Assembly (NCBI GenBank): GCA_000182565.2 | Contig: KQ257453.1 | DNA: 64,000 bases | Direction: 5' to 3' (one strand) | Origin: Spizellomyces punctatus DAOM BR117 | Taxonomy: Eukaryota | In this document: positions 50,571 to 61,550 of the stretch, piece after piece | Layout: each line of letters starts with the position of its first letter | Position numbering within the stretch: the first letter of the stretch is position 1 | Translations under genes and position numbers: made by a program | Notes under the pieces: generated by a model | Databases searched by the model: none | What the model was told of the DNA's origin: nothing | Seen by the model: only the letters and a program-made list of their open reading frames with translations

Positions 50571-51182
50571 GTTCAACGACGAGTTACGGCTGGGCATCGC
50601 CATCCCCCTGCATCGGGATCTCGTCTTGTCATTTGCCATATGTCAAACACACATACACACACACACATTTGGCATGGCATTATTGGAACACTTCTACTGC
50701 GCACTTGCATCGCCCTTTCAAAGATCCGCTACTTGCATGGAATGAGTGGCACAGTCATGGGGCGCTGTTTCACGGTGGGCAGTGCAAAATCCACAAACAT
50801 GACGCAACCTGCATGCCACGTGGAAATGTTGATCATGTCATGTGAGTAGCATAGGCTATCAGATGATATGAGTGGCTGTGTACTCTCTTAAATCTAAAAA
50901 GTGTGAAAACCGAGTTCTTGGAATGGAACAACTTGACCGTTTTTTTATGCCGCCCTTCAGTCGAATTTATCTAAAAACTTTCCTGTTTTGGATGTCAAAG
51001 TTATGACTCTTCTCCGGACATTTGGTCAAACTTTTTGTCGTTTTTGCCTTGAGGTGTGACTTTCTTGCTAGGGCTATCTTTGCGGGGTCATTTCGCTTTT
51101 GCCCAATTTTCATCTCGCTTGCTGAACTCGATAAAGAGCAACAGGAGCGAGCGAGAGAGCTTGCAAACAACGCCTAGAAACA

Positions 51183-53468
51183 ATGACCACAGAACCTGTC
51201 ACAAGACAAAAGAGGCCGTCCATTGTCCGGCGATTGTTGACTCGGCGCTCGTCGTCGCGGTTGCAGAGAGAACACAACACAACGGCGCCAGTAACACCTC
51301 TTCTTCCTTCCGCAATCACGGTTCCAACATCTCCTTTACCAACACCGCCACCACCAGAACACTTGGAGCACTTTAACCTCGCATCCTCCTTTTCCTCGTC
51401 GTCTTCTTCCTTGTCCTCTTCCTCCTCGTCGTCCGCGTCACCATATACTTGTTCAAATATAGCAACTCCACCGCCGCCACCACCTCCTTGCACACCGCAA
51501 GACACGCCTCCTTCGTCACCTCCATTGCCCTCTCATATTGCAACCGTCTTGTTTCGTCGTCTGTCGTCCATTGCACGTCGCCGGCGGTCCGAGGAACACG
51601 ATGAAGAATGTATGGCCAAAACCCTGGGTCTTGCTGAATCCTTCTTGTTTGGCAAAGATGGGGAAGATGTGGATGAAAAGAGAGCTGTAAAGTTGCTCAA
51701 GAGCATCCTAGATAGCAAATCAGCCTCCACTTGCCGCGGAAAGTCCTATGTCGAGGCTCAAGCCATTTTGGCCTTTTGCTATGAATTTGGACTAGGCATA
51801 CCGCAAGACTTTGTGTTGTGCGAGCAACTGTACATGGCTGCAGCCAATAGTGCAAATGGTCTTGCTGGAGCTCGGCTTGCGTTTCTTCGTCGTTACGGAC
51901 GGCCGTCTGTGAAAATTGATCGCGTTGAAGCAGAGGAGTGGGTTCAGAGAGTCACTGAATTGGGTCCCGATGCTATATCTTGGCTAGTCCGAGCCGCTGC
52001 CGTTTATGGTCATCCCGCCGCTAATTATGCATTAGGTGTGTGTTATCATGACGGCGTTGGCGTGCAGAAAAGTGCCGAACAAGCAGTGTATTACTACAAA
52101 AGAGCGGCTGCTGCAGGACAGCCTCGTGGAGAAGGCATCCTCGGATACTGCTACGGCGAAGGATTTGGAGTGGAAAAGGATGACAAAATGGCCTTTGCAT
52201 TATACCTGCGTGCCGCACGGCAGGGTGAATCTGTTTCCATGTACAATGTTGCTCATTCCTATGAAGAAGGTGTTGGTGTGGCCAAGAATCTCCAAGAAGC
52301 CGTGAAATGGTACACCCGATCGGCTGAACTCGGTAATTGCTATGCGCAAAACAGCTTGGGCTACATGTACGAAGAGGGTCTTGGCGTTGAACGGGACGAA
52401 GTGGCTGCTGTCCGATGGTATACTCTATCCGCAGAACAAGGGTATCCTTGGGCGCAATGCAATCTTGGCTATTGTCTTCAAAATGGCATCGGTATACGCA
52501 AGGATGAGGCGAAAGGTGCCTTTTGGTATCACGCCGCTGCCCGTCAAGGCCATTCCCGTGCACAACACAATCTTGGACATGCGTACCAATACGGTATCGG
52601 TGTTGAAAAGGACGAAAAAGAGGCGGTTGAATGGTACCGCCGCTCAGCACGGGCTGGTAATGCATTTGCACTCCATTCCCTGGGTTACTGTTGTCAATAT
52701 GGTATCGGAACGCCGGTGGACGAATCCCGCGCTCTCGATCTCTACAAGCAAAGTTCAAAGCTGGGACATGCTCCGGCACAGTTGAGCTTGGGCCGATGTT
52801 ATCTTAATGGTGTTGGTTTGCCTTCACCAGATGAGAGGAGAGCTTTCAAATGGATCAGGAGGAGCGCGATCCGTGGAAACGATTTAGCGCAAAATACACT
52901 AGGGCACTTGTATGAAGAGGGTGTAGGAGTCCGGCCCAGTGTCAAAGACGCTGTGCGGTGGTATGTCGCCAGCGCAAGGCAAGGCAACGTCTGTGCGCTG
53001 ACAAACCTCTCCTTTCTCTATTTGGATGGCCTATCATCAACACCCTCATCTCTATCTTCCTCCCTTTCGCCATCTTCGTCGGCTACCCGTGCTGAAGCTT
53101 TGCGGCTTCTTCGGCTGGCAGCCACTGAAGGGCAACCGCGCGCACAGACGCGTTTGGCTCACATTCTCCTCAAAGGCGATCTTCTCCCCTTGAATCCCTC
53201 CGAAGCCGTCATGTGGTACGAACTGGCCGCATTGAATGGTTGGATACCCGCCATGACTCATCTCGCTCACTGCCTGGAGATGGGCATGGGTTGCTCGGTG
53301 GATGTGCCGGGAGCTGTAGAATGGTATGCAAAGGCGGCTGGATATGGGGATGCATGGGCGGCACAACGATTGGTTGTGCTTTTAGTTCATGGCTCACGTG
53401 GGGTGGGTGGAGAGGAGATGGAAGAGCGAGCGTCACTGGGCTACGGCGTGGTGGCGCCAGCTGCATAA
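51183..53468 (+). CDS. Sel1-like repeat (SLR) protein, single exon
   Basis: Many A.x.LG.xY..G.GV.KD...A..WY..AA..G repeats in a 761-aa ORF. Confidence 0.92.
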   Translation: MTTEPVTRQKRPSIVRRLLTRRSSSRLQREHNTTAPVTPLLPSAITVPTSPLPTPPPPEHLEHFNLASSFSSSSSSLSSSSSSSASPYTCSNIATPPPPPPPCTPQDTPPSSPPLPSHIATVLFRRLSSIARRRRSEEHDEECMAKTLGLAESFLFGKDGEDVDEKRAVKLLKSILDSKSASTCRGKSYVEAQAILAFCYEFGLGIPQDFVLCEQLYMAAANSANGLAGARLAFLRRYGRPSVKIDRVEAEEWVQRVTELGPDAISWLVRAAAVYGHPAANYALGVCYHDGVGVQKSAEQAVYYYKRAAAAGQPRGEGILGYCYGEGFGVEKDDKMAFALYLRAARQGESVSMYNVAHSYEEGVGVAKNLQEAVKWYTRSAELGNCYAQNSLGYMYEEGLGVERDEVAAVRWYTLSAEQGYPWAQCNLGYCLQNGIGIRKDEAKGAFWYHAAARQGHSRAQHNLGHAYQYGIGVEKDEKEAVEWYRRSARAGNAFALHSLGYCCQYGIGTPVDESRALDLYKQSSKLGHAPAQLSLGRCYLNGVGLPSPDERRAFKWIRRSAIRGNDLAQNTLGHLYEEGVGVRPSVKDAVRWYVASARQGNVCALTNLSFLYLDGLSSTPSSLSSSLSPSSSATRAEALRLLRLAATEGQPRAQTRLAHILLKGDLLPLNPSEAVMWYELAALNGWIPAMTHLAHCLEMGMGCSVDVPGAVEWYAKAAGYGDAWAAQRLVVLLVHGSRGVGGEEMEERASLGYGVVAPAA

Positions 53469-53793
53469 AGCACCCGATACAACGCAAGACCAACACCCAG
53501 AGCCCCTTGTGGCATTGTACATTGATGCATTTTTTCTAGCCTAGCGCATAGATATTAGTCGAATACTAGAGTTGAAAATAGAACATTTATATTGTATAAG
53601 ATAATCTACGGATATTATATGCTCATTTATACTGCATAGATTTGCATCCCTCTCCAAGTGGGCATACGATGTGTCTGTAAGCAGGCAATTTCCGGGACCA
53701 CAAAGATCGCTGTGCCTCCACGTGAGTCATCGCTCCGGTTATGACAAAGATCTGTCTTCCAGCCAACTATTCCACTGTTGGCAACTCACAACA

Positions 53794-54200
53794 ATGTCCA
53801 GCACACTACAACCATCCCTCCAACTCTACCGATCTATCCGAAGACTGCACAAAAAGCTTCCTCCAGGTAACCATACAGATTAAGGTACAGCCTTCAAACC
53901 AAAGCTGATGCTGACATCCCTCCAGCCTTGAGAGCAATTGGAAACGGTTACGTAAAGGATGAATTCCGACGACACTCCAATGCCGACCCCGCTTTCGTGC
54001 CTGGATTCATGCAAGAATGGACACGGTATAGAGATATGCTCCAGCATCAAGTTTCTGCGTCTCCCTTTGAACCCAATACGCCTCGAGGATTGGGACGCAA
54101 GTTGGAGGAACACGAGTTGAATGCTTTGAATGATCAGCAATTGGGGCAGTTGCATGCGCTGCGGGAGGCCACCAGAGGGGAGTTGACGGATTCTCGGTGA
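53794..54200 (+). CDS. SDHAF3: Succinate dehydrogenase assembly factor 3 (Sdh7/ACN9, LYR family)
   Basis: LQLYRSIRRLHKKLPP|ALRAIGNGYVKDEFRRH..FMQEWTRY..LNDQQLGQLHAL; one intron. Confidence 0.9.
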
Positions 54201-54416
54201 CGGGCTGCGCCATATGCGAGGAGAGTGTTTCTGTCGGGATAGGTCATCTTTGCCCGTGACGTTTGGGGAACCATACTTTTCTTCTTTTCTGTGCATTGAC
54301 AGAATTCAGGGCTATTTAATATATATTTATTGCGAACATACGGTTATTATTTACATAAATTGACTCTTGAGACTGTGGAGGTTTGTGACTGGACCGGCCG
54401 TATGCTGCTACTTTCA

Positions 54417-55487
54417 TTAGTCACTTGCAGACATGTGGATGGAGCAAGCAGGGGACGGGAATTGTTCCGGCTTGGCGTCTGTATCGGGCTTTATGGCAGA
54501 CAGGCACACACCTCGTTTTTTCCCTGGTGTGACCTTCACAATGACCACATCATCAACATCTCCAGTTTCTTTGATCGCCAACCATTTCCTCGGCCGAGCT
54601 GCCGCCTTCCCGCGGGACACTCTGACAAATATCCCATTCTCATCCTTTCCCTGCTTCGCCTCCTCTGATGGAAGTTGCATGTCCTTTTTGCCTGGTGATA
54701 GTCGAACTTTTTCAAGCCTCGACGCCTCGCTCTCCAATGTCTTATGAGGGGTAGTCAAAAGATCAAGATCAGCGTTCAGATCCAGATCCGCCAGGACACT
54801 TGCCACCCTTGATCTCACAGGCGTCGCTAAAGCGTTGATGGCAAGGGAGGGTGTGCCACGTCTTGGCACTCTCGATGCTGTCTTGTGCCCTTTGAGTAGT
54901 CTTCCCGTAGGTTTCAAGGTACGAAAAGGTGTGCACGGTGCGGTGCTCGGGTGTTGGGGAAGAAGATTATCAAACGCCTCGTCGTCATACAGGAGCTTCT
55001 GCGCGGCTTTATCATCTGCAGGGAGCGTGTAAATCCGCGCAACTATGGGTCCACATTTTGTCTTTTTGACCGAGGTCATTGCACAGTCGTCTAATATGGT
55101 CTTCCTTTTGCGCGACATATGCCTTGCAGCAACCTGGACCCGCGCCGGAGTCTCGAACGCACGGTCGGTGTCCAAGCCTGTATCGTCTGAACGCAGCTCT
55201 GCGTCCTCACTTTGATAGAATACTTTCCCAAAAACGTGGACCCCATGGTTTCGTACCCAACCTTTATCCACCACAATTTCCTCTTTTTCCAAGTCAATTT
55301 CGTCGGCATCGTGGAACTCCTGTCCGTACTTCTCGTATATGCTTTCCCAAGCCATCTTCAAACGCAGCTGAGATTGCAAGCGCTGATGAGCCACATCGCC
55401 ATATTGGACTGGGGTCGAAGGACATATTGACTGAATAGAAGCCAGAGAAAAGAAACCTGAGAAAGTCGGTGTCGGTTCGCTTGCCAT
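54417..55487 (-). CDS. Scm3/HJURP-domain protein (CENP-A chaperone-like)
   Basis: RLQSQLRLKMAWESIYEKYGQEFHDADEIDLEKEEIVVDKGWVR matches the Scm3 CENP-A-binding domain consensus. Confidence 0.8.
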   Translation of the reverse strand: MASEPTPTFSGFFSLASIQSICPSTPVQYGDVAHQRLQSQLRLKMAWESIYEKYGQEFHDADEIDLEKEEIVVDKGWVRNHGVHVFGKVFYQSEDAELRSDDTGLDTDRAFETPARVQVAARHMSRKRKTILDDCAMTSVKKTKCGPIVARIYTLPADDKAAQKLLYDDEAFDNLLPQHPSTAPCTPFRTLKPTGRLLKGHKTASRVPRRGTPSLAINALATPVRSRVASVLADLDLNADLDLLTTPHKTLESEASRLEKVRLSPGKKDMQLPSEEAKQGKDENGIFVRVSRGKAAARPRKWLAIKETGDVDDVVIVKVTPGKKRGVCLSAIKPDTDAKPEQFPSPACSIHMSASD

Positions 55488-55978
55488 CTCCAACTGGCCA
55501 ATTCCAAATTGCTGACGCGGAAGGCAATTTGAGATGCAGTCACGTGTCTACATGCGTTTGTACGACATGCGCTTCAGCAGTCTACAACTAGTATCGAATA
55601 TATGATGGGACAGATAACGGGTAGACAGCAGAAACACAGCAGCGCATGCGTTAAACCAGGTTTGATGTCATGGCCACACCGCCGTAGCAATTGCTATGAA
55701 ATAGTGCATTGAATGAATGCAACCACAACGAACCCACAATGGAAGTAATTACAACTAAATTAAATTCAAACGGCTGTGTTAACCGCTGTGTGGTGTCCCA
55801 TCACATACTCGATAGGAGTTGTATGACAACCCTGAGCTTCAAACCTTGATACATGCAACGATGCGCTGCAGAATTCCAAAAGAATAATAGGGTAGTTCGT
55901 TTGCAAGGAGGAGGGTGTGATGTCGTGTATATTTAACAGTTGCCAGGGGAAAATGAATAAGCACGCTCAGGTTCTACT

Positions 55979-58633
55979 CTAACGGTAACGGTCCATGAAC
56001 TCCTGATGAAATTCCGAAATTCTTTGAATGAAATTTTCCATTTGATTTTCCGGAGGGAGGAAGGTGGATCGAAAGTGCCATGTACCCTCTTTTTGATGAA
56101 AACCAGATCCCGGTACGACGCACTAAGATGAATCAGTCATGAGCATGTGGCCCTCCTCTCATGGCACGGGTACCCGTAGTACATACCACTCCAGTTGCAT
56201 TAAGTAACTCCATGCAGTACATTACGTCTGGCTCTTGGCCTGCTGTCCTTGCGGCTTCAATTGCCTTTGTCGGTAATAGGATTTGTGGAAAAAGATACAT
56301 CGCGCCCTGGAGTTTGAAGAGTGTTATGGGATGGATGAATTAATCTTGCCAGAATACTCCACATACCTGTGCGGGCTGGCAACTCACTCCTTCCAGTCGA
56401 TTGAATGCATCAGCGAGACGGGATGCCCTACTTCTCAATGACTCTGCCCAAAATATTAGACATTGATCTTGATCATCGGTGCGTTAGCCTCCCCAGGACG
56501 CTTACCGTAAATGGAATCTGTTTCTTGTTTATACAAGTCGTAGGATGCATCGCCCTGGCGGGGAGGATTGACCATCAAATCCACCTGAGACGGCACCGAC
56601 GTTAGACGCCACAGTCATGCCGCGGAACCGGCCACATTCCTCACCATAAGCTGTCCTTGCGTAGGGGGGCACAGTGAAATGCTGGCAATCTTATAGAAGA
56701 GCTCTTTCACCTGAGGGTCAATCGAGGTGCATTCGAAGTAACCCCCTCGCCGACCGCATTCTCCTACCACGCCTTTTGACACGCTGTGGAAGGATATCAA
56801 CTCCACGCTTCCGTACGCAGGACCCATGCTACAGCAGTATTCGATAGTTATTGACGGACCGTCACCACTCGCTCCAACACGCCCACAATTCGCCACGTTT
56901 TTCCTTACCTTTTCAGTACTTTCTTAAAGGAGTGAAACGGAAAGTCCTGAGGGAGATAAATATTTTTCTGGTACACTTCGTCGGCAAGAAGTACAAGCTT
57001 TTCTCGATGACAGAAGTCAATAACCTACGAAAATTTTGTTTAGCATCTCCCAGCAAACGTCAATCCTGATAAGGAACTTACATCCCGCATGTTATCCACC
57101 GTCAGACATCCACCAGTTGGGTTTCCGGGATTAATCACACAAAGAGCCCGGACGTCAAGTCCTTCTTCTCGGGCAGCAGCAATCGATCTCCCAAGCTCTT
57201 CCACCTGATGCAGCATGAGGACCGATAAGTGGCGGACTTCCAGAGAATCGCACTGACATGTCCTTACCGACAAACCCCACGTATTTTCTTCATTCAGGTA
57301 ATATGGTACCGCATTACCCTTAAAAAGGGCAATCGATGCAGTGTATAATGGATATTGGGGTACTGGTATCATGATCTTTCGAAGATGATAATCTTTAAAG
57401 CAACCCAGGATACAGACATTTCAACAAGAGAACATACCCCAACTTGATTGTTCGCAATAAGGGTTTGCAAAACAGTTTGCACCCCAGGACTTGCCCTTTA
57501 AAGACAGTTATAAAATATTAACAGATTTTCGGATGGATGAGTGAGCAGGTGTGTGACAGGTACCCTGCAGTTAAAAATATATCGTTGGGGTCCGACGGGT
57601 ACCCATCACGCTCTGGTCATGAAACTTAGGTTAAGCAGGTATTTCGACCTGAAGTGAGGCGGCCACATAGCTGTCAACCTTCGATAAATTTTGCAACATT
57701 CTCTCTAACAAGAGGAATTCCTACGCAATATGCGTCAATATTACAAGCAGGTCAAGGAAGGAAGACTGCACCGTATTACCTTGAGAGTGACTGTAAGCAC
57801 CAACACTTCCGCCCATGGCTTGCAGGAGAGATTTGGCGCGTTCAATTGCATCCGTGGCAAACAATTGACGGGTAAGAGATATGTTCTTGTCATCCAGTAA
57901 CTCAGGGTACTCCACCAGAGAAGTAACCTACGTCACTGTCACTAAAGACGCTCTCCCGAATGTCAACGTTCATGAACCACACCTGCCGAAAAAAAGTGAT
58001 TGGTCGCTGCTCCAATTGTTGTGGATTACCAATGTTGCAGGATATGATACGCTCAAACGGTAAAGATCTTGGTTGTGCGGTCGCAAGTTGCTTATAGGAA
58101 TGACAGCAATGTTTTAGCAAACGTGACTTGAGAGAAGCAACCCGCTTCTCACTACCAACCTGACGTAGTACTTCGGCGCGAATGGCCAGTTCGCCACGGA
58201 CTGCATATTCACAATCGACAACCGCTTGATTGACTGTCGAGAGGTTCAAGACCTTTGCTCCTGTTGGGCCAAACCAATATATGCTCGGTTAGAATATAAA
58301 TTGCTGGGGACCAGTTGGACGTAAGTAGTGGAGGTTCCATTACGAACCAGCGATGCCACACCGTATCTATCGTTGCCGGAATTTCAGCCTACCTTTGTCC
58401 GCCCCAATCTTTGTAGAGGCCTGTCTGCTCTGAGTTCTAGGAACCGGATGCTGCAACATTTTGGCTTTCTTTCGAAGATGCAGGCTTAAAGAGACAGTCG
58501 ACAGGAGCGAACGTGGCATGAAAACACACCCTGGACAGAGGTGCTGCTGCGGATAACGGGAAACAAATGAGGAAGCCGATACAGATGGTGGACGGCAGAA
58601 AGTGTACAATTGCTGCTTTGGCAGTTGTTGCAT
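55979..58633 (-). CDS. ALT1: Alanine aminotransferase (PLP-dependent), multi-exon, with N-terminal extension
   Basis: [71 protein letters not shown]. Start approximate. Confidence 0.93.
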
Positions 58634-60601
58634 TGTATGGTTAAGAGACGGTTGTGGAGAAGTTTAGGTGATCTTGCAAATTGGTGTATTGTTGGCTATC
58701 GCTAGCGAATTGTGGCTTAGTAGAATTTGACGATCACGGAGTGGAAGGAAGGGAGACATATCAAGAAGTTAGACTGTTATGATATAATTGTGTATGTTGA
58801 CAACCGAGGCTAAAATGCACCTGCACACACAAACATCATGACACAGTTCCCATGGGTTACTTTACATGGGACATTTAAATGGACATTTGATTCATATTAT
58901 TCCATAGATCTGGAATTAATTTCAACCATGTTGGGTTAAGTGCACCTGTTAGGATTGGGTCACCCTTTGGGTGGATTACTCTATTAAGAGTTATTTGTTC
59001 TACTGTTCCTGTATCAGAGAGATGTTCCTCCATCAGCTTATATTGAGCAAATAGTAAGCATAGTATTATAGAATAAAAAATATAGGTTATTGAATACAGT
59101 ATATACCTCTAAGAAGCCATTAAAGAGGCTTGTAGCTATTATCCAGGGGCATTCAGACTCCTCTGATCTGCCTGATAAGTTACAAAGTTATTAAGTTATT
59201 CAGGTTACTATCCTGTTATATTTTGAATAAAATTGCAGCAACAGCCATCATATTGCTTAACACTTCACACAGCTAAGTAGGCTCACTCAGATATCTTTAG
59301 TTACATCAAGCCCCACTGCAAAGGCACCAGACCCCTGTAAAGAGGTACTATATAATAGAGGCAGGGACTTTGAGAACCTAGAGGTACAACTTAGCTTAGC
59401 TGATAATGGGCTTAGTGTAGTGACATGAGATGCCTAGGGATGTCATGGACTAGTCAGATGGGGGCACATGGATGTTTATTTTGGTTTTTGAGATGGGAAA
59501 TGTGGCTACCACAACCAAGAAAAGGGGTGCAGTGCCCACAATTATTGCAACTTAGACCTTTTTTAGCATATTTCATACAACCCATGCAGGAACTTGGCTG
59601 TCACCTAATTGGAAAGTATCAGTATTGCCACCAACAAATCAGTTGCAGTGATGCTGTAGTTTTAACATAGGAATTTATCCAAGAATTATATATATAAGAG
59701 TATATTCAACAGAGCAAAGTTGTGAGGTAGAAGCCATAGCAACACTAAATCCCCATAACCAGCTTCCCAACCCTAATCTTAGGTTCACAGGAACCCAACA
59801 GAGCACTTCAATGGCCTGATCACCTGCATCAAAGCCTCTAAATCCTGCTCAGCTCACAATTAACTGAACCCCTTGCCTCTTGCCCCTCAACTCACTACCA
59901 AAAGCCAAAAAAAAAGGATTTGGAGACCATGGTTCCTAGTATGGCCACCCACATCACCTGCTAGGAGATCCAAGTCATCATCACCATAGTCATCCACTTA
60001 AAATCTGTTACATTAGTGCAGTTATAATAAGCTATACAATACCTTGAGTATAGTCCTTGTTATTAGAGGTTGTAGGGACCAGCATCTATGGTAGTCCTCC
60101 AGACTCATGTGCATCCATCCATTGCTGTAATTTGTAGCCTTGTATTAATTCCTCTATAATTGTATAATAACCTGTATATATTATATACTATATTTAATAT
60201 TTTATTTTGCTATATAGCAAAGCCAGTATATGAACTGTATCCTTGTATATGTTACAGTATCAGAATTTACATAAATGACATATGTGCCCTGCAAATCCTG
60301 GTTCACTCCCAACTAATATTTTCTACTAGTTTCCCCCACAACTTCTGTGGTTAAAAATATGACCAGCTTCCCCCACCTCTGGCACCCTCCTTTAGTAACC
60401 CTGCCTGGGACCTATTCTTAATCTGTTAAATCAGGTGCCTAAGAGAGGCTTCTCTTGATTGCATGAAGCTTCAACTGATACTTTAAGTTCCCTCCATTAC
60501 TATACCATCCAGTGCTTTGGAGCTGACTTCTGATTAATATTGAACAAGTCTCAAAGCAGAAGTCCCTTGGCATAATCATCAATGCTGGTTGGAAGACTTC
60601 A

Positions 60602-61044
60602 TGTAACAGATTCTTCTGTTAGTTACTTTGTCTTTAGTTAGTCAGTCAGTAGTATCAGTAGTGTAGTAGTTTGGACTTAGAGATTTTCAGTGCAAGTCCA
60701 TTAGTCTTAAAATGGCAGGCACATGTCTCTGAAACAAATGTTAGTAAGGAGGCAGGTCTAAAGGTTGATTTACCTAAATTAGGCAAGTCATACTCCTGAA
60801 AGGAAAATGTGAGTCAGAGACACATGTCTGAAACAAATTCCCCTTACTGAGCTGCAGAAAATAATTTTTGCTGCAAAGATAAGGATGATACATTGTGACT
60901 CAGCAGTTTAGAAGTCTTTTCATTGGTTAGAGATAAAACTGAAGCCTTGGCATTTTTGTCTATAAAAAGGGAGTGTTCCCACACCCCCCCTCTAATAGAA
61001 TAACCAAGTTTTCCCCAAGTCTTCCTAGTCTTCTTGTCCCTGCT
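60602..61044 (+). mobile_element. LTR (solo or 5' LTR) of a related Gypsy family, cut about 11 bp before its end by the next element
   Basis: Begins TGTAACAGATTCTTCTGTTAGT (cf. TGTGACAGAATTCTTCTGTCAGT of the neighbouring LTR); shares TTTGTCTATAAAAAG TATA region and GTCTTCTTGTCCCTGCT U5 end; no PPT upstream. Confidence 0.75.
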
Positions 61045-61534
61045 TGTAACAGGCTAGCAGGGACAAGAAGACAACAGAAAACTAGGGAAGACTTGGTTAC
61101 TACTTGTTATTTTCCTTTGAGGGGCCTCAGAGAGGTCCTCTTTTTATAGACAAAGGGGCTGACAAATGCTATATCCTAACTACCCAATCAGATCTCACCC
61201 ACATCATCCTAAACTATTTGTCAGCCTATTGCACCATTTGCAACCAATCAGATCTTGTACATGTCATCCTAAACTATTTGTCAGCCTATTGCACCATTTA
61301 TAGCCAATCACAAGTGAGACAAGTCATCCTAAATACACTGTGCCACTTGATTGAAAGGGGCAGATGCTAGTGTGTCAGGATACTCATCTAATTTAGCCAG
61401 AAATGGCTAAATCTGCTTATTTATCTAATTCTGGTCAAATGAATGCTGACACCATCAGCAAAGTCATGTGACCACTAGTTTGGAACCACATCTAACCAGT
61501 ATAACCATAGCACTGACAGAAGAATTCTGTCACA
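61045..61534 (-). mobile_element. 3' LTR (490 bp) of the Ty3/Gypsy element
   Basis: On the minus strand TGTGACAG...CTGTTACA termini, preceded by PPT AAAGTGGGGGAG (61535-61546); contains TATA and 60-bp repeats. Confidence 0.88.
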
Positions 61535-61550
61535 CTCCCCCACTTTAAGA

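Noticed and set aside
58810..60601. Specific TE family in the AT-rich CpG-free stretch
   Set aside because: Probably decayed repeat DNA, but no identifiable protein motif or termini.
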